Assembly (NCBI GenBank): GCA_046735395.1
Contig: JBJKQR010000072.1
Coordinates: 1 to 64,000, forward strand
DNA: 64,000 nucleotides
Reading direction: 5' to 3'
Source of the DNA: Fidelibacterota bacterium
Lineage (GTDB): Bacteria > Fidelibacterota > Fidelibacteria > Fidelibacterales > DSDE01
The notes under the pieces are model-generated. The model saw nothing but the letters and a program-made list of their open reading frames with translations. It made no database searches and was not told the origin of the DNA. Below, one piece after another: positions 10,910 through 21,731 of this stretch (its first letter is position 1; every line of letters begins with the position of its first letter). A program made the position numbers and the translations under genes.

Positions 10910-11860
10910 TCAGGAATTGCTTTTGGAATAGGCGCGGATTATATCTTTTACAAGGCGATGACGAACCACATCCTGTTCATTGAGTACGGAAATACCGATG
11001 CCGTCAATTCCTTCCAGGATGGTGACGGCTTCCGTGAGTCCGCTCACATCCCGCGGGCCCAGATCAACCTGCGTCTGATCTCCGGTGATAATGGCCTTCG
11101 AGTTCACGCCGATACGGGTCAGAAACATTTTCATCTGCAGGGACGTGGTGTTCTGCGCCTCGTCCAGAATGAGGTAGGCATTGCTGAGGGTTCGTCCGCG
11201 CATATAGGCCAGCGGTACGATTTCGATGATTTTCTGTTCGAGAAAGCTTTTCAGCTTTTCGGCGCTGAGCATATCCTCCAGCGCATCGTAGAGCGGAGCC
11301 AGATAGGGATCAATCTTTTCTCTCAGATCCCCCGGCAGAAAACCCAGTTTTTCTCCGGCTTCCACGGCTGGCCGGGACAGAATGATTTTGGATACTTCGC
11401 GGTTTTTGAGAGCCGATACAGCGATGGCCACGGCCTGATAGGTCTTGCCGGTTCCGGCGGGGCCGACGGCAAAGACGATGTCATTTGCCAGGCAGGTCCG
11501 GAAATAATCTTCCTGGCCCTGTGTGCGGGGCTTGATCATTCCGTCCCTGGTGAACAGGATGATACTGTCGCCCGGAGAGGAATAGGGGGTATCGGTTTCC
11601 TGAACTTCCGCCTTGATCATGGTCTTGATATCCGCCTTCTCAAGATACTGTTTTTTGGGGATGAGGCGAATGAGTTCATTCAGGATATGCTGGATATGAT
11701 CCACTTCCTGATTTTCACCGCGAACGATGAGCATGTCACCTCTCGGAATAATAGTCGACTGAAAATGTTCATTCAATAATCGGATATTACTGTCATTGGG
11801 TCCCAGCAGGCAAAGGGGATCAAAGCCTCTGAGGAAGATTTCCCGCGTGATCTCGGCCAT
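10910..11860 (-). CDS. phoH: PhoH-family ATPase
   Basis: GPAGTGKT, RPAVEAGEKLGFLPG, YMRGRT, DEAQN. Confidence 0.93.
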   Translation of the reverse strand: MAEITREIFLRGFDPLCLLGPNDSNIRLLNEHFQSTIIPRGDMLIVRGENQEVDHIQHILNELIRLIPKKQYLEKADIKTMIKAEVQETDTPYSSPGDSIILFTRDGMIKPRTQGQEDYFRTCLANDIVFAVGPAGTGKTYQAVAIAVSALKNREVSKIILSRPAVEAGEKLGFLPGDLREKIDPYLAPLYDALEDMLSAEKLKSFLEQKIIEIVPLAYMRGRTLSNAYLILDEAQNTTSLQMKMFLTRIGVNSKAIITGDQTQVDLGPRDVSGLTEAVTILEGIDGIGISVLNEQDVVRHRLVKDIIRAYSKSNS

Positions 11861-12044
11861 CAGGAATTCCTTTCCGGAGCTGTTTGGTTCAATATGTCCT
11901 TCGTAAATGAATACACGGCGGAATATACGGAGAAGCGGGAAAAACAGACAGGAAATTTACAGTCGCGGACCGCTGCTCTGCAGGGGAGTTCTGCGTTCCG
12001 GGGAAAAAGATGGGCTTTCCGTAAAATTTTAGTATATTCCGTCA

Positions 12045-12578
12045 ATGCAGAAAGTTAAATATATCCAGGCCTTTCTCTTCACGGAGAATGCCGTCTTTAC
12101 CGAAGCTCTGAAACAGTGTGAGTCGATCTGGGGGGAGACGGATTACTGCAGCGCCGAGTATCGTTTCGATATGACGGATTATTACCAGGCTGAACTGGGC
12201 CAATCCATTCGCCGGCGATTTGTCTCATTTGCCGCCCTGATCGATGCATCTGATCTGGCCGAGATAAAAATACAGAGCGGGCTTCTGGAAGGGATATTCG
12301 CCCGGGACGGCCGCCGGCGCATCAATATAGATCCCGGTTACATGGATCTGGATAAAGTGATTCTGGCCAGCGTCAAGTATGCCCGTCAGAAAATTTACAT
12401 AGGACAGGACATCTATGCCGATCCTGTGCTGCATTTTTACTCCGGTACATTCAGGAGCTTCGACTGGAGTTTTCCTGATTTTAAATCAGACCGGTACTAT
12501 CAGGAATTAGCCGAAATCCGCAGATACTACAAGGAAGATCTGCGGGAATCAGGAAAAGAAGGAGCCAGAGAAGCATGA
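12045..12578 (+). CDS. DUF4416-like protein
   Basis: TDYYxxELG, RRINIDPGY, WSFPDF motifs. Confidence 0.7.
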   Translation: MQKVKYIQAFLFTENAVFTEALKQCESIWGETDYCSAEYRFDMTDYYQAELGQSIRRRFVSFAALIDASDLAEIKIQSGLLEGIFARDGRRRINIDPGYMDLDKVILASVKYARQKIYIGQDIYADPVLHFYSGTFRSFDWSFPDFKSDRYYQELAEIRRYYKEDLRESGKEGAREA

Positions 12579-13393
12579 GTGACATCAATTTTGACACGCC
12601 CTGGAGAAAAATGGCGGCTGCCCTCTATCTGCCGGCGTCGGATGCCCGAACCTACGGCAGTGTGGAAGTGGAAACGGACCGGGCGCTTGAGTTTATCCGG
12701 GAGCAGAAGGAAAAAGGTCTGCATATCACTCTGACCCAGTTCATGACCGCCGTACTTGGCCGTGCGCTGGAAGTGGATGTTCCGGAAGTGAATGCCTATG
12801 TGAAGCGCGGACGGGTTCATCCCCGGCCTTCAGCGGACGTATTTGTCGCTGTGAAAATGAATAAAATGTCGGAGCAGACCGGGTTCCGCCTTCGGAATGC
12901 CGGCAAGAAATCACTGGCCGAGATCAGCGCGGAATTTGAGAAACGGGTGGACAGAGTCCGGGATGACAAGGAAAAGGGCGCCCAGAATAATAAATACATG
13001 CTCGCGAAAATCCCCTGGCCCTTCAGACGGTGGATTTTTCTCATGCTGCGCTGGCTGGTCGTTACGGTGGGAATTGATCTGAAACCGCTGCATTTTTCAG
13101 CCCACAGCTTCGGATCTGTCCTGCTCACGAATGTGGGAACCTGGGGTTTGGAATTCGGTTACCCGGCGCTCATGCCGGCTTCAAATCTGGGCCTGGTCAT
13201 CGCCATGGGTGAAGTGGTACCCAAACCGGTGGTCCGGGACGGCGAAATCGTGATTCGTCAGATGATGCCGGTGGTGGCCGTTCTGGATCATCGTATCATT
13301 GACGGATCCCAGGGCGGAAAAATCGCCCGGGCGGTCAAGCTGTATTTTTCCCAGCCTGAACTTCTGCTGCAGCAGAATTCCGATTCGGAATAA
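12575..13393 (+). CDS. Stand-alone 2-oxoacid dehydrogenase E2-type acyltransferase catalytic domain
   Basis: DHRIIDG catalytic motif, LTNVG; no lipoyl domain. Confidence 0.8.
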   Translation: MSDINFDTPWRKMAAALYLPASDARTYGSVEVETDRALEFIREQKEKGLHITLTQFMTAVLGRALEVDVPEVNAYVKRGRVHPRPSADVFVAVKMNKMSEQTGFRLRNAGKKSLAEISAEFEKRVDRVRDDKEKGAQNNKYMLAKIPWPFRRWIFLMLRWLVVTVGIDLKPLHFSAHSFGSVLLTNVGTWGLEFGYPALMPASNLGLVIAMGEVVPKPVVRDGEIVIRQMMPVVAVLDHRIIDGSQGGKIARAVKLYFSQPELLLQQNSDSE

Positions 13394-13461
13394 GTAATTT
13401 TTCTATTATTTTAAGCTGATTCGATGTATTTTTCGAAGTCCAAAACGGAGGTTAGACGCGG

Positions 13462-14529
13462 ATGGAGAATCTGAAAATTGCCCTGGATGCCATGGGAGGG
13501 GATCATGCTCCTGCCATCACGGTTCAGGGCGCCTGTGAAGCGACTCTCGATTCTCCGCTGCATGTTCTGTTAGTCGGGGACGAGGGGCCGATACAGGAAG
13601 AACTGAAAAAACACCGTTATAATGCGGATCAGATCGAGATTGTCCATACGGCCGAGCAGATCACCATGTTTGATAATCCGAAAACCACTCTGGAACAGCG
13701 CCCGAACGCTTCCATTGCCGTGGCCGCGCGGATTGTGGGTGAGCATCAGGCCGATGCGCTGGTATCGGCAGGAAATACAGGCGCCGTCATTCTGGCCTCC
13801 GCCAAACACATTCCCCGCATTACCGGGGTCCGCAAGACGGCCCTGGCGGCCATCTATCCGACCCACAACCGGCAGAAGCGCAGGGATATCTTTTCCATTA
13901 TGCTGGATGTGGGAGCCAATATTCACAATACGCATCATGATCTGGTTCATTTTGCCTATATGGCTTCAACCTATGCCAGTAAAATCAAGGATATTGAGGC
14001 GCCGACGGTGGCGCTCCTGAATGTGGGCAAGGAAGAATACAAAGGCGGAGCTGTTTTATCCAAAACGCATAAAGTTCTCTCCGAATTACCCGATATTAAC
14101 TTTATAGGGAATATTGAGGGCAACGAGCTGATGCAGGGAATTGCAGACGTGGTTGTAACGGAAGGGATCACAGGAAATATCGCCATCAAGACAGCGGAAG
14201 GCATAGCGAGCTCCGTGAAGCATATCGGAAAAATGGCCTTCCGTCAGAATATTATGTATATGCTGGGAATGCTTATGCTGAGCGGAGGCATTCGCCGTCT
14301 GAAAAATATTACAGATTATGAAGAATACGGGGGCGCACCCATTTTCGGATTTGAACGGATGGTCATCAAATGTCATGGCCGTTCAGGACCGAAGGCCATC
14401 AAGAATGCCCTGCTGCTGGCGGCCCGGAGCATCAGTGAAAATATGATGGGTGGGATCAGCACGGAAATTTCAGATTACGAATCCCGCTATGCGGTCAATG
14501 ATATGGAACTTGGATCAGATTATTACTGA
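13462..14529 (+). CDS. plsX: Phosphate acyltransferase PlsX
   Basis: IALDAMGGDHAP, SAGNTGA, LDVGAN, YGGAP, KCHGRS. Confidence 0.93.
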   Translation: MENLKIALDAMGGDHAPAITVQGACEATLDSPLHVLLVGDEGPIQEELKKHRYNADQIEIVHTAEQITMFDNPKTTLEQRPNASIAVAARIVGEHQADALVSAGNTGAVILASAKHIPRITGVRKTALAAIYPTHNRQKRRDIFSIMLDVGANIHNTHHDLVHFAYMASTYASKIKDIEAPTVALLNVGKEEYKGGAVLSKTHKVLSELPDINFIGNIEGNELMQGIADVVVTEGITGNIAIKTAEGIASSVKHIGKMAFRQNIMYMLGMLMLSGGIRRLKNITDYEEYGGAPIFGFERMVIKCHGRSGPKAIKNALLLAARSISENMMGGISTEISDYESRYAVNDMELGSDYY

Positions 14530-14573
14530 TCAGATGTTTTTCCTTGAAAACAGGAGTTATCAAAGGAGGAAAT

Positions 14574-14972
14574 ATGGCAGACGTCATCAGCGACATGAAA
14601 AAGAATTTGAATGCCTGGTGGAAATCCAATGGCCCGAAAGTCGAGGATGCGCTCAGGCATGCAGGGAAAAAGGGTGAGGAACTGGCTCAACGGGGAAAAC
14701 TCAAGATTGATATTTTTCAGGCTCAGCGAAATCTTGACCATAAATTCTCGGAGCTGGGCGTGCACATCTACAAGAAATCTGCGGAAAAGGGCTATGATGT
14801 GACCGCCGATGAAGCGGTTGCCGCATTCCGGGATGATATCAGCAAGCTTGAAGCGGAAATCGGAACCCTGCGCGAAGAATATCTGAAGGTCGGCAAGGAA
14901 GAAGACCTGGATTTTTCCTCGGAGAATGACGCGGAAGACAGCGCGGACTCCGATGAGGAAAATAAATCCTAA
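14574..14972 (+). CDS. Hypothetical coiled-coil protein
   Basis: Strong RBS AAGGAGG before MADVIS; acidic tail. Confidence 0.6.
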   Translation: MADVISDMKKNLNAWWKSNGPKVEDALRHAGKKGEELAQRGKLKIDIFQAQRNLDHKFSELGVHIYKKSAEKGYDVTADEAVAAFRDDISKLEAEIGTLREEYLKVGKEEDLDFSSENDAEDSADSDEENKS

Positions 14973-14993
14973 TCAGGATTATCGGAATCTGAT

Positions 14994-15848
14994 ATGCAGA
15001 ATGGCGGAGCAAACAGCGTCGGCATCAGTCAGAATCTCCAGCAGTATCTGAGGGAAATCTCCACGCAGAGCCCTCTCACACCGAAGGAGGAGATTGAACT
15101 GGCCTGCAAAGTGAAACAGGGCGACAAGGAAGCCCTGGATAAACTGCTTTGCGCCAATCTTCGTTTTGTCGTATCGGTCGCCAAACGCTATCAGAACAGA
15201 GGACTTTCCCTGGAAGATCTCATTAATGAAGGGAATCTGGGGCTGATCAAGGCTGCAAACCGTTTTGATGAATCGCGGGGCTTTAAATTTATTTCCTATG
15301 CCGTGTGGTGGATCCGTCAATCCATTCTTCAGGCGCTGGCGGAACAGTCGCGGACCATTCGCCTGCCTCTGACCATGGTGGGTATCGTCAATAAATATGC
15401 CCGTGAGATGGAAGAACTGGAACATGAATACGAGCGCGAACCCAATCTGGAGGAAATCAGCGGTGTGATGGCCGTTGAACAGAAATTTCTGGAAAATACA
15501 CTGACGCTGTCCAGCCAGCCCATCAGCGTGAACGGGTCGCTCAATGACGAGAGCAATTCCCTGATTATCGATGTGCTGAAGAATGAGAATGCCGTGGCGC
15601 CCGATCAGGAACTCATGGATAATTCACTGATCCAGGAACTGAATCTGGTTCTGAAAAGTCTGTCCGACCGGGAACGGAAAGTCATTGAAATGTATTTCGG
15701 CCTCGGCAACACCCAACCCATGACGCTTGAGGAAATCGGGACCGAAATCAATCTTACCCGGGAACGGGTTCGACAGATCAAGGAAACGGGCCTGAAGAAA
15801 CTCCGACACATCAGCCGGGCCCGGATGCTGAAACAATTTTTAGGTTGA
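14994..15848 (+). CDS. RNA polymerase sigma-70 factor, RpoD/SigA family lacking region 1.1
   Basis: NLRFVVSVAKRY, GFKFISYAVWWIRQ, TLEEIG..LTRERVRQI. Confidence 0.93.
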   Translation: MQNGGANSVGISQNLQQYLREISTQSPLTPKEEIELACKVKQGDKEALDKLLCANLRFVVSVAKRYQNRGLSLEDLINEGNLGLIKAANRFDESRGFKFISYAVWWIRQSILQALAEQSRTIRLPLTMVGIVNKYAREMEELEHEYEREPNLEEISGVMAVEQKFLENTLTLSSQPISVNGSLNDESNSLIIDVLKNENAVAPDQELMDNSLIQELNLVLKSLSDRERKVIEMYFGLGNTQPMTLEEIGTEINLTRERVRQIKETGLKKLRHISRARMLKQFLG

Positions 15849-15879
15849 TTTTGTTTCTGAACTAACTTAATATCATACT

Positions 15880-16821
15880 ATGGCCGTAAAAAAGACTTTC
15901 TCGAAGATCCACATCCCTAAGTTCTTGATTTTCTATGAACGGGATTCGGAGATGCGGGAACTTTTACTCCCTCTCAGTCGTGTGATTCAGATCACATTGC
16001 TGGTTGCCATCATCGCCGGTTTTACGATTTTCGGGACCGCACAATTTCTGTCCGGAATTTACTACACGGAAAAGATCAAGACGATTACAGCGGATAATGA
16101 AAACCTTTCAGCGATCCTTATTGATATGCGCAGCAAGGTGGAAAACCTGCAGACGCAGATCGATATTCTGGAAAACAAGGATAAAGTCCTCCGTCTCTAC
16201 GCGGATCTGCCTGAAATTGATCAGGATATCCGGAAAATGGGTATGGGCGGCCGGGTCGAGACTCCGGTGGATGTGAAGAATGTATCCACCGAGGACAAGG
16301 ACGACATAAATTCCATTCTCAGTGACCTGAGTGACCTGTCTCAGGACATCAAGCTGGAGCTATACAGTTACGAAGAGCTGTACGAAACCATTCAGGGCCA
16401 GGCGGGACGCATTGAGGCCACGCCATCCATCGCGCCGATTGACCGGGGCTGGGTGAGCAGTACCTTCGGATACCGCATTGATCCCTTTACCAAGAAACGC
16501 AAGCTGCATCATGGTCTGGATATTTCCGCGGCGACCGGGACACCCATTTATGCCACCGCCTCAGGACGGATCATTTATGCGAAATTCTTCGGAAGCTATG
16601 GATACACCATTAAAATCGACCATGGTTACGGCTATGCCACCATTTATGCTCATATGAGCGCCATGAATGTCCGCAAGGGTGATATGGTGAAGCGCGGCGA
16701 TGTGATCGGAGCCGTCGGGAGCACTGGACGAAGCACCGGGCCACATGTGCATTACGAGGTCAGGTATCAGAACAAGCCGCTGAATCCGGTGGAATTCATT
16801 TGGACAGATGCAAAGCTTTGA
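15880..16821 (+). CDS. M23-family metallopeptidase
   Basis: HHGLD, YAHM, STGPHVHYEV; coiled-coil N-terminal part. Confidence 0.9.
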   Translation: MAVKKTFSKIHIPKFLIFYERDSEMRELLLPLSRVIQITLLVAIIAGFTIFGTAQFLSGIYYTEKIKTITADNENLSAILIDMRSKVENLQTQIDILENKDKVLRLYADLPEIDQDIRKMGMGGRVETPVDVKNVSTEDKDDINSILSDLSDLSQDIKLELYSYEELYETIQGQAGRIEATPSIAPIDRGWVSSTFGYRIDPFTKKRKLHHGLDISAATGTPIYATASGRIIYAKFFGSYGYTIKIDHGYGYATIYAHMSAMNVRKGDMVKRGDVIGAVGSTGRSTGPHVHYEVRYQNKPLNPVEFIWTDAKL

Positions 16822-16850
16822 TCGCTGCAAAGATATACAATTTGATAAAG

Positions 16851-16874
16851 ACCCCGTCCAAACGGGGTTTTTTT
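16851..16874 (+). terminator. Intrinsic terminator
   Basis: ACCCCGT-CCAA-ACGGGGT then T-tract. Confidence 0.85.
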
Positions 16875-16938
16875 ATGTCAGGACGCAAATTTGTTCAGGA
16901 ATATGAGTAAATTACACCATGCTTAAACCGAGGGAACT

Positions 16939-17946
16939 ATGAAGATCTGTGTATTGCTGGGCGGCGCATCCCCCGAACGTCAGGTATCACTTGAAACCGG
17001 CCGGGCTATCGGGCATGCACTCAGAGAATTGGGGCACGATGTGTATTTTGTGGATCCGGCGCTGGCCTTTTCCGAAAAGGAGACCATCGAGGAGCAGCTG
17101 CAGAAGAATGATATCAGCGGCCAGGATTTTCTGTCCGTAAAGAAAATGAATGACAGTCAGCTGCCGGTCTATATTGACTGGATCCGGAAGAACGGAACGG
17201 ATATTGTTTTCAATGCCACACACGGCGGCAACGGGGAAAACGGCGTGGTGGCCGCTCATCTGGAACTGGCCGGCCTGCCCTATACCGGATCATCCTTCGC
17301 CGCGTCATCGCTGGCAATGGACAAATATCGCTGCAAATGCCTCTTCCAGGCGACCGGAATTCCCACCGCAGATTTTGAAACCTGCCGTGTGCCCCTGAAT
17401 CATCCCGAAAATATTTCTTTTCCGCTGGTGATAAAGCCCAGTAAAACAGGAAGTTCCGTCGGACTTTTTGTTGTAAAGGAAAAACAGAATATTTATGAAT
17501 ATTCCCGAACGGCCCTTCAGTATGATGACGAAATCCTGATTGAGGCCTTTGTGGATGGAAAGGAACTGACCGTTCCTGTTGTTGCAGGAAAGGTCTGGCC
17601 GGTGGTGGAGATTGACCCGGATGGCGGTGTGTATGACTACACTCATAAATACAGCCAGGGCATGAGCCGGTATTATGTGCCGGCCCGGCTGAATCAGGAA
17701 CAGAGCGACAAGGTTCAGCAGCTCGCTCTGAAGGTCTGCGAAGTTATCGGGTTGACAAATTATGCCCGGATTGATTTTCGGATGGACCGGGAGGGGCGCT
17801 TTTACTGTCTCGAACCCAATACACTGCCGGGGATGACGGCGACCAGCCTGCTGCCCAAATCCCTGAAACACGCAGGCGTGGAGTTCCCGCAGCTGCTGGA
17901 AATGATCATTGAAGATGCATTGGACAAAGGAGGTTCGATTCGATAA
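16939..17946 (+). CDS. ddl: D-alanine-D-alanine ligase
   Basis: GGASPERQVSL, HGGNGENG, GSSVG, EPNTLPGMT. Confidence 0.93.
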   Translation: MKICVLLGGASPERQVSLETGRAIGHALRELGHDVYFVDPALAFSEKETIEEQLQKNDISGQDFLSVKKMNDSQLPVYIDWIRKNGTDIVFNATHGGNGENGVVAAHLELAGLPYTGSSFAASSLAMDKYRCKCLFQATGIPTADFETCRVPLNHPENISFPLVIKPSKTGSSVGLFVVKEKQNIYEYSRTALQYDDEILIEAFVDGKELTVPVVAGKVWPVVEIDPDGGVYDYTHKYSQGMSRYYVPARLNQEQSDKVQQLALKVCEVIGLTNYARIDFRMDREGRFYCLEPNTLPGMTATSLLPKSLKHAGVEFPQLLEMIIEDALDKGGSIR

Positions 17947-19358
17947 TGGCGCTTGCTTTCTATAATACGCTCAGCCGGAAGAAGGAAGAATTCAGGGAAA
18001 TTCACAAGGGAGAAGTTCGTTTCTACACCTGCGGCCCCACCGTGTACAATTATGCCCATATCGGGAATTTCCGGGCCTATATTTTTGAGGATCAGCTTCG
18101 GAGATATCTTGAATACAAAGGCTACAAAGTTACTCAGGTCATGAATCTCACCGATGTGGACGATAAGATTATCCGGAAGTGCCGTGAAGAGAAGACGACG
18201 CTTGATGAAACGACAGGGCCCTATAAGAAAGCGTTCTTTACGAATCTCGAGCAGCTGAACATCGAAAAGGCGGAACATTATCCGGAAGCAACCGCTCATA
18301 TCGCGGATATGGAGCGCATGATCGGGATCCTGCTTGACAAGGGAATTGCCTACCGCGGGCAGGACGGAAATATTTTTTACCGGATCAGTGAGTTTCCCGC
18401 CTACGGACGACTTCAGAATCTGGATATGAGTCAGATGCGCAGCGGCGGGCGGGTATCCGATGATGAGTATGAAAAGGAATCCGTCCACGATTTTGCTCTC
18501 TGGAAGGCCTGGAAGGAAGAGGACGGGGATGTGTTCTGGAACAGTCCGCTCGGCAAGGGACGCCCCGGCTGGCATATCGAATGTTCCGCCATGTCCACCC
18601 GCTATCTGGGCCAGACCTTTGATATTCACACCGGCGGTGTGGACAATATCTTTCCCCATCATGAAAACGAAATTGCCCAGAGTGAAGGCGCCAGCGGAGA
18701 GAAATTCGTCAACACCTGGATGCATTGCGATCATCTGATCTGGGATAACGAAAAAATGAGCAAATCACTGGGGAATATCATTTACATCGACGGCCTGGTT
18801 GAAAAAGGCTATTCGCTGCAGACCATCCGCTATGCCCTGCTCTCCACGCATTACCGCCAGAAACTCAATTTCAGCTTTTCACTCCTGGATGCGTCGGCCA
18901 AGGCCATGCAGCGTATACAGGATTTCATCTACGAACTGGAACGGAGCGTGAAACCCGGCCCGATTCAACCGGAGATTGAGACGCTGTGTACAACCTGTCT
19001 CAATGATTTTGAAGCGGCTATGGATGATGACCTGAATATCGCCCGCGCTCTCGCGGCACTTTTTGATATGATTAAATCCGTCAATCGTTTTCGTCAGGAT
19101 ACGGAACTTCATGACGCAGACAGGGACGGGCTGATGGAAGTCCTGAAACGTATCGATACGGTTCTGGGCGTCATATTTGTCGGGCAGAAGGGGACGGACA
19201 CGGCGGATGAGAGCTGGATACGGCAGAAAATTCAGGAACGGAGTGATGCCCGGGCCGATAAAAACTGGGCTCGCGCCGACGAAATCCGTCAGGATCTGCT
19301 GGACCGCGGGATCGAACTCCTGGACCGGAAAGACGGAACGGATTACAAACTTATCTGA
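17946..19358 (+). CDS. cysS: Cysteinyl-tRNA synthetase
   Basis: CGPTVY, HIGN, GRPGWHIEC, KMSKS. Confidence 0.97.
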   Translation: MALAFYNTLSRKKEEFREIHKGEVRFYTCGPTVYNYAHIGNFRAYIFEDQLRRYLEYKGYKVTQVMNLTDVDDKIIRKCREEKTTLDETTGPYKKAFFTNLEQLNIEKAEHYPEATAHIADMERMIGILLDKGIAYRGQDGNIFYRISEFPAYGRLQNLDMSQMRSGGRVSDDEYEKESVHDFALWKAWKEEDGDVFWNSPLGKGRPGWHIECSAMSTRYLGQTFDIHTGGVDNIFPHHENEIAQSEGASGEKFVNTWMHCDHLIWDNEKMSKSLGNIIYIDGLVEKGYSLQTIRYALLSTHYRQKLNFSFSLLDASAKAMQRIQDFIYELERSVKPGPIQPEIETLCTTCLNDFEAAMDDDLNIARALAALFDMIKSVNRFRQDTELHDADRDGLMEVLKRIDTVLGVIFVGQKGTDTADESWIRQKIQERSDARADKNWARADEIRQDLLDRGIELLDRKDGTDYKLI

Positions 19359-19385
19359 GAATGATTCAGAATAAACAGCTGATAC

Positions 19386-19414
19386 AAAAAAAGGCCGGAG
19401 ACTCCGGCCTTTTT
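19386..19414. terminator. Bidirectional intrinsic terminator between convergent genes
   Basis: A7-GGCCGGAG-A-CTCCGGCC-T5. Confidence 0.85.
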
Positions 19415-19435
19415 GATATCGTGTAAGCTCTGGGC

Positions 19436-20524
19436 CTATTTGAAAATGAATCCTGCGGACAGAGAGGCGGACTGATAGGTTCCCTGGCTGACTTCCGCAT
19501 GCAGGTAGAGCAGGGGAAGCTGGAGGGACACACCGGCATTGAGACGCATGCCATTGTCACCTTTGAAGTCAAAATTGATGGGAATGGTTTCACCCGTATT
19601 CGAATCGATAAAATCGTATTTCAGGGTGACGGAGGTATTATCCATACCGGCGCCCACATAGGGTGAAATTTTGAAGCCGGGGATACCCAGGCTTTTACCG
19701 ATTTCAGCGTGATAATTCATATTCGTGGACTCGATCATATCTCCCAGAGTCAGCTGCTGGTACATGCCGCCGACCGTGACATCGAAGATGGGAACGGGCA
19801 GGCTTTTTCTCACGCCCAGTCCGTACATGGTAAATTTTCCCACATTCGGAACTTCCATTTCAACGGGTAATCCGCGGCCGGAAATTTCGATGCCGAAGGG
19901 AAGCCGGATATTAGCCTGCAGGGCCGCGGCCGGAACGAGGGATGCACCCAGCCCGTCAGGAAAGGCAAAGGGCTGGACGGTATTGGATATGGACTGTTCA
20001 ACGGCCGAGCGCATCAGGGCCAGCTTGTCCGCATCGGAAGCTGACAGTTTTGACGCAAGTGTATTAAAGATATCACTTGAGCTCTTCGGCTGGAGGACCA
20101 TACCTTTTTCATCAGTTGCGGCAGCAATAGTCGGTGTTGTCTCCTGATTTGCGCTGTACAGATCCTCAAAAGGAAGTTCAACCACCTGATTGATCTGTCC
20201 GCTGGTCAGACTCCCCAGATCAAAAGTAATGGTGTTTTCTGTGAGAGAGGGGACAAAGCTCATATCCGCATCCGGCACCACACTGATACTTACAGCTATA
20301 CCTGCATCGAAACCGAAGGGAGGGATAAGGCCGGTTTTGCAGTTGGCTTTCTTGTAGAGAGCCGAATTCATACTTGTTCCGAATCCTGTCATCACCGGCT
20401 GTATGTAGGATTTCGCGTTGTCTTCCAGAAACTTGCTCAGAGAGCCCTGAAGATCCTGACCGACGAGATTGCTCCCGAATCCGGCGATCAGAAGCAGAAT
20501 GGCCAGAGATTTAAACCATTTCAT
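19436..20524 (-). CDS. Exported/outer-membrane protein (DUF6588-like)
   Basis: Signal peptide, C-terminal amphipathic beta strands; family recognised loosely. Confidence 0.5.
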   Translation of the reverse strand: MKWFKSLAILLLIAGFGSNLVGQDLQGSLSKFLEDNAKSYIQPVMTGFGTSMNSALYKKANCKTGLIPPFGFDAGIAVSISVVPDADMSFVPSLTENTITFDLGSLTSGQINQVVELPFEDLYSANQETTPTIAAATDEKGMVLQPKSSSDIFNTLASKLSASDADKLALMRSAVEQSISNTVQPFAFPDGLGASLVPAAALQANIRLPFGIEISGRGLPVEMEVPNVGKFTMYGLGVRKSLPVPIFDVTVGGMYQQLTLGDMIESTNMNYHAEIGKSLGIPGFKISPYVGAGMDNTSVTLKYDFIDSNTGETIPINFDFKGDNGMRLNAGVSLQLPLLYLHAEVSQGTYQSASLSAGFIFK

Positions 20525-20753
20525 CGTCTTACTCCTTGTGTGTGACTTTACTTAGTTCCATAACATTTGCATGAAAATACGAGTAATTTGATCTTGTGGC
20601 AATATGGATTTTATGAATAAAGGGGAATTTTGCCGGCCGTCACAGCCGATGTGAAGGGTTTTTAGCAGGTATTCAAACATCCGGGAGGCTAATCCTGTTT
20701 AAATTGTGGAATATTCCTGCTAAATTCGCCCCCGGAAACAGAAAGGAAGGTTC

Positions 20754-21635
20754 ATGGCAGCATTGAAGAAAAAACACTACGGAACAGTCTATGATATTCT
20801 GCTGATTACGGTGGGAGCATTTCTGATGGCGGAATCCCTGGTGCAGTTTCTTATTCCGCATAAGATTGTAACCGGCGGTGTGAGCGGAATCGCGACCATT
20901 CTTTATCATCTGTTTCATATCCCGGCCGGTATCAGTATGTTCGTGATCAATATTCCGCTCTTTTTTCTCGGAGTCTGGCAGTTCGGGCGGAAGTTCGGCG
21001 CCAAGACCATTTACGGGATCATCATCCTGTCCGTTTTTACGGATTTTCTCGACAAGGGCCTGCATCTGACAGCCATGACCGATGATGTATTTCTTTCCAC
21101 GCTTTACGGCGGCGTGATCCTCGGCATCGGCCTGGGGTTCATTTTCAAGGGACGGGGTACCACGGGAGGCAGCGATATTGTGGCCCGTATCATCAATAAA
21201 TACAGCAATCTCAGTCTGGGCTGGTCCTTCATGGTGATAGATTCATTCGTCATCGGATCGACGGCTCTGGTCTTCCATAATGTGGATCTCATTCTCTTCG
21301 GAATCATCGGCCTGGCCGTTTCATCCAAACTTGTGGATGTGATGGCGGAAGGACTGGTGACAGAGAAGGGGCTGATCATCGTGAGTGATGCCTGGCCGGT
21401 TATTTCCGGGCGTATTCTCAACGAACTTCACCGCGGAGTCACCGGGCTCGAATCGCAGGGACTCTATACGGATACACAGCGGAAGACGCTGTACTGTGTG
21501 GTCAGTACCCGTCAGGTGGAGCTGGTGCGGCGCATTGTCCGGGAGGAAGATGAGAAGGCCTTTGTCTCGGTTTTCAATCTGGCCATCATTCAGGGCGAGG
21601 GATTTCGCGAACGGACCGCGCTTTACGAAAATTGA
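20754..21635 (+). CDS. YitT-family membrane protein
   Basis: GGVSGIA, NIPLF, TTGGSD, RGVT, C-terminal DUF2179-like domain. Confidence 0.9.
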   Translation: MAALKKKHYGTVYDILLITVGAFLMAESLVQFLIPHKIVTGGVSGIATILYHLFHIPAGISMFVINIPLFFLGVWQFGRKFGAKTIYGIIILSVFTDFLDKGLHLTAMTDDVFLSTLYGGVILGIGLGFIFKGRGTTGGSDIVARIINKYSNLSLGWSFMVIDSFVIGSTALVFHNVDLILFGIIGLAVSSKLVDVMAEGLVTEKGLIIVSDAWPVISGRILNELHRGVTGLESQGLYTDTQRKTLYCVVSTRQVELVRRIVREEDEKAFVSVFNLAIIQGEGFRERTALYEN

Positions 21636-21731
21636 TGCGGGACCGGCTTCCCTGAAAAATTCGCCTTAAGGCTAACAGTCTTCACTAAAATATTATAAAT
21701 TCACGCCGAAAACAGAGAAACGGACAGACAC

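Noticed and set aside
10814..11779. Long antisense ORFs (also 1467-2561, 8089-9162, 17802-18734, 21792-22838, 29116-30033, 59016-60077, 63068-63712)
   Set aside because: Shadows of well-supported genes on the opposite strand.
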